Origin: Anaerolineae bacterium
GTDB taxonomy: Bacteria > Chloroflexota > Anaerolineae > Aggregatilineales > UBA3940
DNA: 64,000 bases
Assembly (NCBI GenBank): GCA_016928235.1
Contig: JAFGLD010000096.1
Span: 3,006-67,005 of the forward strand
Direction: 5' to 3'
This document shows positions 44,640 through 52,472 of this stretch, piece after piece. Position 1 is the stretch's first letter. Each line of letters begins with the position of its first letter. Position numbers and translations under genes: made by a program. The notes beneath the pieces were generated by a model that did no database searches, was not told the DNA's origin, and saw only the letters and a list, made by a program, of their open reading frames with translations.

Positions 44640-46466
44640 TCAATTCATCTTGAACACCGGCCCGCGCGGCGGGAAGGGCAGGCGGCTGCCATCGGGGATC
44701 AGGAAAGCGTGCTGGCGGTGGATACGTATCCGGTCGCACTCCCCGTCAGTGATGACCAGGATCGGCCCATCGTTGGGGAAGTCGCTCGATTTCTCCAACA
44801 GGTCGATGCCCGGTTGGAGGATCGTGCCACCCCTACCCCGAACGCATACTCTCCCGGCAATATCCTCCGGCGGCATATAGCCCTGATCGTAGGCGGCTGC
44901 GTCGCAGAATACCACCCGCACCGCTGGGACATCGTGAGTGATGCTGTAGCTGGCAATCGCACCTAGCGCCTTGGCCAGCAATTGCCGATCCATCGAACCG
45001 GAGGTATCGAGCACCACGCCGAATGTCCGGCCATCTTCGTCTTCGGGGCGCGTCACCCAGCGCGGGCGCGGGATATCGGGCGTCGCCGACTGTCTACGGC
45101 TGAGCTGGGCGTAGCTGCGGACCTTCTCGAGCGGCGCGAACATGGCATCGAACCAGCGGGCCAGTTCGACATCCCAAGGGACAGGCGGCTGGCTGAGTGC
45201 CCGGATCTCCTCGATCAGCCCGGCAGGGAGATAACCGCGGCCATACTGCTCCTGATAGACCAGCCCCTGCCCCAGGCACCGACGGTAGAAATCATCCAAC
45301 GCCACGCCGTCACGGGTTCTCCACCACTCATCCGAGGACCCCAGTATATCGCCCAGCCCCTTGCCGCGTAGCGTTGCCAACCGGCTCATCCGGCGCATGT
45401 CGCCCACGATCCGGTCGTAGATAGCCTCGGCAGAGAGATCCTTCAGGGCGGGGTCCAGCAGCGCGCCCAGCGGCGGCATCTGCCCGATCCCCATCTCGAT
45501 CAGCCAGCCGTTGATGACATAGTCGCAGGCCACATTCCACAGGTAAGGATCACGTCCCTCCTGGCGAGCCTGGTGACACAAGCCAACGTGCAGCAGCTCA
45601 TGAGCCATCACGAAGCGATACTGCTCCTCGTCCAGGCCGGCAGCCGGGTTGAAGTAGATGGTCTGCAAATGCGCATCGACCGCCGCTACTGAGATATGCA
45701 TCCGCTGGCAAACCTCGGTATCCTCAACCACCTCGAAGGCCGAAGCCAGCGCGCCCAGCAATGGCAGATGATTGATAACCCAGGTCTTGGCCTCTCTGGC
45801 CGCGCTGTTGTTGGAGTATCTTCCACTGGAGATCGTCTCAATTTGACCACCCGCTACATCAAGAGCAGCAGCTACTGCATGCTTCAAACCGATCCCAAAC
45901 AGCCGTGACCAGTCTGGCTCGTCACCATACCATGGACGTCTCTTCTCTTCCCAGATCATGTCCATCCGGCCAATCGCGCCGGTGCCATACTGGTAATAGT
46001 GCTCCGGGATACCATCGCGGCAGAAACGCTCGTACAGCATCTCCTCGCTCTGTCCTGCCCCAATATCCGGAGCAGGTAATCCAAGCGGCTGCTTACCGAA
46101 CTTAAACTCGGCCAGGAAACGCGCCACGATGAGATCGCAGGCCACATTCCAGGCCAGCGGGTTTTCCTTCTTTTGGAAATGTCCCATCCCCAGATGCAGA
46201 ACCCCATGAGCCAGGGCATAAGCCCATTCGGCAGGCGCAGCTTCCGCGTTTGGATTAGCATATAAAGCACCCTGATCGCTAACCACCACCAGCCCATTAT
46301 GTGGGCAAGGGCTGGGGTGCTCATTGATGATGTAGGCATAGTTGTAAACCTGGTAGAACATCGGGTGTGGCCATACCATCCGATAGCCCAGGTTGAAGTT
46401 CTTCTCGCGAGCCTCTGTCTTGGTCATGTGTTTGTTGGTTGGCTTGCTTTTATGTCTTCTTGCCAT
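44640..46466 (-). CDS. VWA-domain protein with two tandem DUF2201_N-type metallopeptidase-like domains (first degenerate, second HExxH-intact)
   Basis: Copy 1: ALYANPNAEAAPAEWAYALAHGVLHLGMGH...WNVACDLIV. Copy 2: IYFNPAAGLDEEQYRFVMAHELLHVGLCH...WNVACDYVING (HELLH at about 45588-45602). The C-terminal VWA domain has the MIDAS motif VVLDTSGSM. Confidence 0.8.
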   Translation of the reverse strand: MARRHKSKPTNKHMTKTEAREKNFNLGYRMVWPHPMFYQVYNYAYIINEHPSPCPHNGLVVVSDQGALYANPNAEAAPAEWAYALAHGVLHLGMGHFQKKENPLAWNVACDLIVARFLAEFKFGKQPLGLPAPDIGAGQSEEMLYERFCRDGIPEHYYQYGTGAIGRMDMIWEEKRRPWYGDEPDWSRLFGIGLKHAVAAALDVAGGQIETISSGRYSNNSAAREAKTWVINHLPLLGALASAFEVVEDTEVCQRMHISVAAVDAHLQTIYFNPAAGLDEEQYRFVMAHELLHVGLCHQARQEGRDPYLWNVACDYVINGWLIEMGIGQMPPLGALLDPALKDLSAEAIYDRIVGDMRRMSRLATLRGKGLGDILGSSDEWWRTRDGVALDDFYRRCLGQGLVYQEQYGRGYLPAGLIEEIRALSQPPVPWDVELARWFDAMFAPLEKVRSYAQLSRRQSATPDIPRPRWVTRPEDEDGRTFGVVLDTSGSMDRQLLAKALGAIASYSITHDVPAVRVVFCDAAAYDQGYMPPEDIAGRVCVRGRGGTILQPGIDLLEKSSDFPNDGPILVITDGECDRIRIHRQHAFLIPDGSRLPFPPRGPVFKMN

Positions 46467-47526
46467 TGCCGTTCTCTCCTCTTGCCAGACGTGGCAGGTC
46501 GCGAATCACCTCGACCACGAACCAGTTGGGCAGCGTCACCCCATCATCCTGATCTGCCACCACCATCTGGGCCAGCTCCAGGTTAATGCGGGTCAGCTGC
46601 TTGAGCAGCGCCTTGGCGCGGAAGATCAGCTCGTTCTGGGAGCGGCTGACCTTCTTGTGCTCCTGGGGTAGTTCCTTGATCAAATGGGCCCGAAAAGACT
46701 GAGCCAGGAAGTACAGGACATCCCGATCCTCCGGCTTCTCCGGCCAGCCCTGATCGCCGCTCAGGATGGCAATCAAGCTGTGATCGCCGTGCACCTGGCG
46801 GTAGAACGCCTTGAACTGTGTGGCATGAGCCGGCGTCAGGCAGCCATAAGCCAGCACCTCGATTGTGTTCTCGCTCAACATACCACCATACTCATACATG
46901 GCATCACTCAGCATGTGCCACGAGCGCGGTGAGGAAAATGGTTCCTCATGCTTAGGTGGCTGCGACCACAGGTGATCGGGACGGTTCTGGATGTAATCGA
47001 TGATCAACTGGTGGATCTGGTTTTCGTAAGCCCACTCCAGCCAATCCCGATGAGCTACCTTAAGATGAACGTGAATCATGCGGTTAAGCAGCGCCGATGA
47101 CATCGGACGGACAATCGCACTGTCCTGGGCGCGGTTACCCGCGCCGACCACGATCGAGCCTTCAGGTAGATAGTATTCGCCGATGCGTCGCTCGTGGATC
47201 AGACTGTAGAATGCCTTCTGCACCTCGTGCGAGCAGGCATTCAGCTCATCGAGAAAAAGGCAGTAAGCCTCTTGCCGGGCAATAGCCCTCGGCGGGCAAA
47301 AGCGGCTGGTGCCGTCCAGGATCTGCGGCACACCGATCAAGTCTTCCGGCGCCAGCTGGCTGCCAAGCAGCGATACACAGGCCAATCCAACTTGCTCGGC
47401 AAAGGTCTGAACGATGGCCGACTTGCCGATTCCCGGCGCGCCCCAGATGAACACCGGGCGCACCACGGCAACATTCAGCAGAAAATCCATTAATTGTTTT
47501 TGTGTGACTGTAGCAACTGTATTCAT
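46450..47526 (-). CDS. MoxR/AAA_5-type AAA+ ATPase
   Basis: Walker A GAPGIGKS, Walker B CLFLDELN, sensor/arginine region VVGAGNR. A ~150-aa C-terminal helical extension follows. The stop overlaps the VWA gene start by 17 nt. Confidence 0.85.
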   Translation of the reverse strand: MNTVATVTQKQLMDFLLNVAVVRPVFIWGAPGIGKSAIVQTFAEQVGLACVSLLGSQLAPEDLIGVPQILDGTSRFCPPRAIARQEAYCLFLDELNACSHEVQKAFYSLIHERRIGEYYLPEGSIVVGAGNRAQDSAIVRPMSSALLNRMIHVHLKVAHRDWLEWAYENQIHQLIIDYIQNRPDHLWSQPPKHEEPFSSPRSWHMLSDAMYEYGGMLSENTIEVLAYGCLTPAHATQFKAFYRQVHGDHSLIAILSGDQGWPEKPEDRDVLYFLAQSFRAHLIKELPQEHKKVSRSQNELIFRAKALLKQLTRINLELAQMVVADQDDGVTLPNWFVVEVIRDLPRLARGENGNGKKT

Positions 47527-47660
47527 GACTGCTTTCTTTCAATTTCAAAAAGCCTAAACCGGCCCGGCTGAGCAGCACGGGATATCGGTATTCCTTCTCT
47601 TACTTACCCGGTAGTCTTTCACACATTTCCCTTTTGAGATGCGTCCCGGTGATCAGCCCA

Positions 47661-47696
47661 TACAACAAAAAGCCGTGAGCATGTGTGCCCACGGCT
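47661..47696 (-). terminator. canonical intrinsic terminator on the minus strand
   Basis: Minus-strand reading is AGCCGTG-GGCACACATGCT-CACGGCT followed by TTTTTGTTGT. It lies 135 nt upstream of the MoxR start codon. Confidence 0.6.
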
Positions 47697-47749
47697 TCGA
47701 TGGCTGTCAACAGAACGCGGGCGATCATGCCCGCAGTTAATTCAGGAAA

Positions 47750-47854
47750 CTACACAATTGCTCCTGTCGATCTGAAGGCATGATAGAAGACCAACCCTCC
47801 ACTACGCCGGAAGGTGGCATCGATGATCATGTTAGGTTCGTACTTTCTGAGCAT
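47750..47854 (-). CDS. candidate 34-aa small protein (MLRKYEPNMIIDATFRRSGGLVFYHAFRSTGAIV)
   Basis: It is below the ORF-track size cutoff. GGAGG (47869-47865) lies 10 nt upstream of the ATG. The ORF is followed by a GCGGGC/GCCCGC hairpin and the terminator at 47661-47696. No homology evidence is available. Confidence 0.25.
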   Translation of the reverse strand: MLRKYEPNMIIDATFRRSGGLVFYHAFRSTGAIV

Positions 47855-47994
47855 CACTTTTATGCCTCCAGATTTAAGATGGAGCGAGTATAACAATAGC
47901 TCTTCAAATGCGCAACGCAGATTTGTAATACTTTCACATTGGGAATGTATCTATAGATATAGCTTTTCGATGTCAGGTTTAGGAGAACAATGGA

Positions 47995-48144
47995 ATGAGG
48001 CTCAAGAGCAAATTTACATCCGTATGTCTGGCTTCGCTGCTGATATCTTGCCAAAACACAATAGGACCGTCTCCTGGCAGTTCAGAGGATGGGGAGACAA
48101 TTGCCAATCTTATCGAGCACAAAGCCGGCAGTCATATAGAATAA
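47995..48144 (+). CDS. 49-aa lipoprotein precursor (MRLKSKFTSVCLASLLISCQNT...)
   Basis: Not in the ORF track (<60 aa). AGGAG (47981-47985) lies 9 nt upstream of the ATG. The sequence has a basic n-region, a hydrophobic core and an LISC lipobox. Its stop overlaps the next start (TAATG at 48142-48146). Confidence 0.55.
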   Translation: MRLKSKFTSVCLASLLISCQNTIGPSPGSSEDGETIANLIEHKAGSHIE

Positions 48145-49280
48145 TGGAGAAACCGATGAGATCAAATGGATTGTTCGTCACTGGATTGATGATGACAATA
48201 ATACTGTCATCGTGTCAACACTCAATAGTATCGTCTCCAGGAGAGCCAATTGCCGACTTCATGGATACGCAGGCAAAGAGCAGCCTTAGTGGGCTCAGCG
48301 GCACGCTTTCTGTCAGCGTTGAAACTGCAACTCCGCCGGATGGTAGCACCACTCCTGACGATGGGACGCAAGAAGGCCCGACATCAACTGCTACGCCGAT
48401 GCCCTCAGCGACCTTTATGCCTACCGATATCGCAACACCAACACCATCAGCCGTTCCCGCCCCCCTGGTAACCGTTTCCTATGCCGAGATATTTCCGGGT
48501 GGCTCGGAAATGAGCCGCAATCGTCCGCTCGATTTTGCCGTCAAGGCTGATTTTAGCAGTACGGTTGGCACAATGTCGCTGTTGAGCGGATTTCTTACTT
48601 ATCAGGGACAGAATCCCCCCATCGAGGCGACCTGCGGGCAGATTCCAGCAGAGAGCCAGGCGAGATTGACCTGGGGGCCAGAACCCTCGCTGCGTGAGCA
48701 AGGAGGCTACAGCATCGCCGACTGGGGACATCTTCATGCGGAGTATATTCCAACTGATGCCACACACTTCACGGCCATGTTCACCATCAGCAGACAGGCA
48801 GACGCCATCGTGGAATACTGCATCCAGAAAACCTATGTGCTCATCGATGAGCCCGGTATACCCACGCCTGCTGACGATCCCTCAGCTATCAAAGTGATAG
48901 GCATCACTTTCTGGCCCGATGCCTCAACAGTGGATCGATCGAGCGACTTCAACTTCGGCGCCCGGCTGGACTTCGAGAGCATCATCATGACCCAGGTACG
49001 AATGTTGGTCTTCTACATCAAGCAAGGCCAAGAGATTCCCGGCGAATCGACTTGCATGAGTGGCCTGGTACCAGAACAAAGCGAAGGAACTCACTTCAAC
49101 ACAGGATCGGCTACCAGAATGTGGACGGGAATCAGCCGTTTCGAACGAGCGTACACCTACAGCGCATCAGCCCCCGACGACGCTACACATCTGGTGATGT
49201 GGCTGCTGCTCGAAGGCATGTCTGGTCAACCTATCCTTTGCCGGCAAAAGGTCATCGAGTTGTTTCCAACCGGCCAATAA
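48144..49280 (+). CDS. hypothetical lipoprotein with two tandem ~120-aa Cys-containing repeat domains
   Basis: From ATG 48144 the protein begins MEKPMRSNGLFVTGLMMTIILSSCQHS, a signal peptide with an LSSC lipobox. A T/P-rich linker follows, then two similar domains (...DFAVKADFSSTVGTMSLLSGFLTYQGQ...C... and ...DFNFGARLDFESIIMTQVRMLVFYIKQGQ...C...). The part of the track ORF upstream of 48144 is rejected. Confidence 0.65.
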   Translation: MEKPMRSNGLFVTGLMMTIILSSCQHSIVSSPGEPIADFMDTQAKSSLSGLSGTLSVSVETATPPDGSTTPDDGTQEGPTSTATPMPSATFMPTDIATPTPSAVPAPLVTVSYAEIFPGGSEMSRNRPLDFAVKADFSSTVGTMSLLSGFLTYQGQNPPIEATCGQIPAESQARLTWGPEPSLREQGGYSIADWGHLHAEYIPTDATHFTAMFTISRQADAIVEYCIQKTYVLIDEPGIPTPADDPSAIKVIGITFWPDASTVDRSSDFNFGARLDFESIIMTQVRMLVFYIKQGQEIPGESTCMSGLVPEQSEGTHFNTGSATRMWTGISRFERAYTYSASAPDDATHLVMWLLLEGMSGQPILCRQKVIELFPTGQ

Positions 49281-49288
49281 TTACAAGG

Positions 49289-51958
49289 TCACAAAATGTC
49301 TAGTATTCTCGCCCTGGCAAGGGCCTGGGTACGGCTGTTGACACCCAGCTTGCCATAGAGATTGCGTATATGGACTTTCACCGTCCCCGGGGAAAGGACA
49401 AGCCGGCCGGCGATCTCCTGGTTAGACAGCCCCTCAGCGATCAGGCTCAGCACTTCCATCTCGCGCCGGCTGAGTGCTTCGAACATCCCCTTGGATGATT
49501 GGCACGGTGCCGGGTCGGTCCCCGAGAGCGTAAAGGCAGCCAACAGTCTGTTGGTATAGTTTGGCATGATGCCGCGCGTAGACATGTAGGAGAGGAGTGA
49601 TGCCATCGGTAGCCCCTCATCGACAAAAGTACGCACATACCCCTCCGGCTCAGCAAGCCGGAGGGCCTGCTGTAAGATGTCAACGGCTCGAGGCATATCA
49701 TCCAGGAGGTGCAAGGCCAGCGCTTCAAGTACCTGTATTTGGAGAAGCATATCGATGCGCTGTAGACGTTCCATCTCCGGGCGCCAGGCCTCCAGCAAAG
49801 CAAGCGCATCAGTGGGCCGCTCCTGAGCCATCCACAAACGCGCCAGCACCAGGTGCTCATATTTGCGCATGTGTAAATTGGTAAAATCACCGCTTCGCCG
49901 GACATCAGTTGGGCCATGGTCTGTATCAACACCACGCTCTTTGACCCATCGAACAACCGCGCCCAGATTGCCCTGTGCGATCCAGAGTTGAGCCTGTGCT
50001 AGAGTAACAGCAATATCATCGATTTCAGTGTAGCGTGATAGTTTGGCTACCTGTTGGGCTTCCTTGAGCGCGGCATGGGCGCCTTCGATGTCGCCCTGGG
50101 CTTGTCTGATGTACGACAAGGAGATATATCCCTCAACACTCTTGACCTCGGTCCACTGTTGGGTCAACTCGATGCCCTTTCGCAGATGTTCTTCTGCGGC
50201 AGCCAGGTCATCCCATTCGCGCCGGATCGCCCCCATGCCGATCAGTGCCACCCCCCCAATCGGCATCAACTGCCCATTCTGATCGGTTGCCAGCCTCACC
50301 CCTTCCTCACAGAATGCCAGGGCCCGATGGAGTCGGCCCTGCCGGATCGACAATCTCGCCAGGTTAACAAGCGCGAGAACAGTAATGATCGTATTGCCGG
50401 TCTCTTCGCCCTTTCTAACAACCTCGGTGAGAGCTGCTATGCCTGTGTCCATATCGCCTTCGGCAAGATAGGCGGCACCCAGAATCAGCGCAGCGATGCT
50501 TCTAAAAAACACACTGTCATCATGCAAGTTTGTGAGGGCCTCGCGCGATAACCTCGCGGCAAGCTCCCTGTCTTCCCGATAATAGGCTACAAGCGCATGC
50601 ACAGCTGCCACTTTGGCGGCGATTGTTTTGCCTGGGTTGAGCTGCTCGATGACTTGCAGACGCGTCTCAATCTCCCCCAACGAAGAGCCGCCCAGAAAGA
50701 GTGCCCAAACATAGTAAACAGCCAATCCGGGATGAACATCGACGATCTCGCTGGGAAGTTGCTCAGCCCAATGCTTGAATGTCATGATCTCGCTGCGCAT
50801 GATAGTCGCCTCAGCCACCTGCTCGATGAGATGAGCGGCTCGCCTGTGATCTCCCGCGTCCAGGGCATGCTCGATGGCCTCCTCGGCCAGTTGGTGCTGC
50901 TCGTACCAGATGCTGGCCCGGCAATGCAGCTCCGGTATGCTGTCAGGATATTGTTGCCGCAGACGCTGGCGCAGCAAATTGGCAAACAGGTGGTGATACC
51001 TGTACCACTGATGGGAACTATCAAGCGATGAGATAAAGAGGTTAAGACGCTCCAATCGATCAAGTGTGTCCTGCCCGCCCTGGCCACCGGTGATGGCGTC
51101 GCACAAAGAACCGGTCAAACGGTCAAGAATCGACGTTTGCAACAGAAACGTCTGCACATCCTCCGTTTGACGCTGTAAGACCTCCTCCACCAGGTAATCG
51201 AGAATGAAGCGATTGCTACTGGCTAGATCCTGTACAAATCCAGCCTGATCTTCCTGCCCCTGCATCGATACTGCTGCCATCTGAAGCCCCGCTACCCAGC
51301 CCTCGGCCCGCTCGGTCAGTTTAGCAACTGCAGAGGGCGGTAGATCGAGCTGCATGGTCTGACAGAGAAAAAGCGCCGCTTCTTCCAGCGTAAAGCACAG
51401 ATCGGCTTGATGAAGCTCTGTCAATTCACCGCGTCCTCGCAAACGCGCGAGGGGCAGCGGCGGATCGGCGCGAGTTGCGATCACCAGGTGAGCCTGGGAT
51501 GGCAGGTGGCTCAACAAGCCAATCAGGACATCGTGCACAGACTGCGCCTCGATCAGGTGGTAATCGTCCAAAACAAGAACCACCTGTCCAGAGAGATTTG
51601 CCAGATCGTTGAGCAAGACGGTCACCGTAGCATCGACGGATTGTTGGGGAGATTGGAGCATCCCCAGAGACATTTCACTTGTATCTGGTGCAACCATCTG
51701 CAAAGCAGCGATCAGATATCCCAGAAAACGTGTTATATCGTTGTCATTCTCATCCAGTGACAGCCACGCTACAGGCCTATCGAGCTGCTCGATCCATGCT
51801 CCAAGCAGGGTGGTCTTGCCAAATCCGGGAGGCGCGGAGATGAGCGTCAGCTTGCGCACCAGGCCGCCATTCAACCGATTGATCAAGCGCGGTCGCGGCA
51901 CCAGCCTGAGTTGTGACGGAGGAATGTAGAGCTTGGTTGTTAACAGTAGATCTGACAT
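49289..51958 (-). CDS. MalT-like STAND NTPase - TPR/superhelical sensor - LuxR-type HTH transcriptional regulator
   Basis: TKLYIPP...VPRPRL leader, Walker [11 protein letters not shown], Walker B VLVLDDYH, long helical repeats, and a C-terminal Lux[49 protein letters not shown]. The start is taken at ATG 51958. Confidence 0.85.
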   Translation of the reverse strand: MSDLLLTTKLYIPPSQLRLVPRPRLINRLNGGLVRKLTLISAPPGFGKTTLLGAWIEQLDRPVAWLSLDENDNDITRFLGYLIAALQMVAPDTSEMSLGMLQSPQQSVDATVTVLLNDLANLSGQVVLVLDDYHLIEAQSVHDVLIGLLSHLPSQAHLVIATRADPPLPLARLRGRGELTELHQADLCFTLEEAALFLCQTMQLDLPPSAVAKLTERAEGWVAGLQMAAVSMQGQEDQAGFVQDLASSNRFILDYLVEEVLQRQTEDVQTFLLQTSILDRLTGSLCDAITGGQGGQDTLDRLERLNLFISSLDSSHQWYRYHHLFANLLRQRLRQQYPDSIPELHCRASIWYEQHQLAEEAIEHALDAGDHRRAAHLIEQVAEATIMRSEIMTFKHWAEQLPSEIVDVHPGLAVYYVWALFLGGSSLGEIETRLQVIEQLNPGKTIAAKVAAVHALVAYYREDRELAARLSREALTNLHDDSVFFRSIAALILGAAYLAEGDMDTGIAALTEVVRKGEETGNTIITVLALVNLARLSIRQGRLHRALAFCEEGVRLATDQNGQLMPIGGVALIGMGAIRREWDDLAAAEEHLRKGIELTQQWTEVKSVEGYISLSYIRQAQGDIEGAHAALKEAQQVAKLSRYTEIDDIAVTLAQAQLWIAQGNLGAVVRWVKERGVDTDHGPTDVRRSGDFTNLHMRKYEHLVLARLWMAQERPTDALALLEAWRPEMERLQRIDMLLQIQVLEALALHLLDDMPRAVDILQQALRLAEPEGYVRTFVDEGLPMASLLSYMSTRGIMPNYTNRLLAAFTLSGTDPAPCQSSKGMFEALSRREMEVLSLIAEGLSNQEIAGRLVLSPGTVKVHIRNLYGKLGVNSRTQALARARILDIL

Positions 51959-52065
51959 GGCCAACTTTCTGTGTAACAAGCTAAAAACTGTCCCTATTAT
52001 AGCCGTCTGGAGAAGTTCTTTCAGAATGGAGCACAATATGACCAGTGTTGGCGTCACAACACATC

Positions 52066-52202
52066 ATTACCATATCTCGACTTTGCACATATTCGGCTGA
52101 ATGGTTACGAAGGATGACGTGAAAAGACAGTATTTTTCTAAATGGTCAAGCAGCGACATTCAGAAAGTCTCGTTCATCTCAACGCTGTCATTCCCGCGAA
52201 AG
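52066..52202 (+). repeat. intergenic repeat element, copy B (left module only)
   Basis: It aligns with 39560-39680 (CTCGACTTTGCACATA...ATGGTCAAGCAGCGACATTCA.AAAGTCTCGTTCATCTCAA.GCTGTCATTCCCGCGAAAG), then diverges. Confidence 0.7.
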
Positions 52203-52472
52203 TGTGGGGCTGGAATCCACTCCGCGTGCCACTCTGTCTTTTCCACACCCCGCCTGCCACACATAGGGTTGTCAATGAGCAAAGTCGAGCTTGGCACCCA
52301 TCATTATTATGTATCAAGATGGTTACAATCCCGTTGCGTTATTACGCTTCTCTGCTATGATAAACTTGAGTTACCATGGTCATCTCAATTGTTTGTGTTC
52401 TGCTTGTGCTTGGTCATAACAAGTCATCGCAGTCGGCTTCAGACTCAACAACCTAACTCGTGACATCCAACG

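Noticed and set aside
47814-48143. The first 110 codons of track ORF 47814..49280.
   Set aside because: There is no RBS and the sequence is not signal-peptide-like. The stretch runs across a well-formed small lipoprotein ORF in another frame. The downstream ATG at 48144 yields a proper signal peptide and lipobox and is TAATG-coupled.
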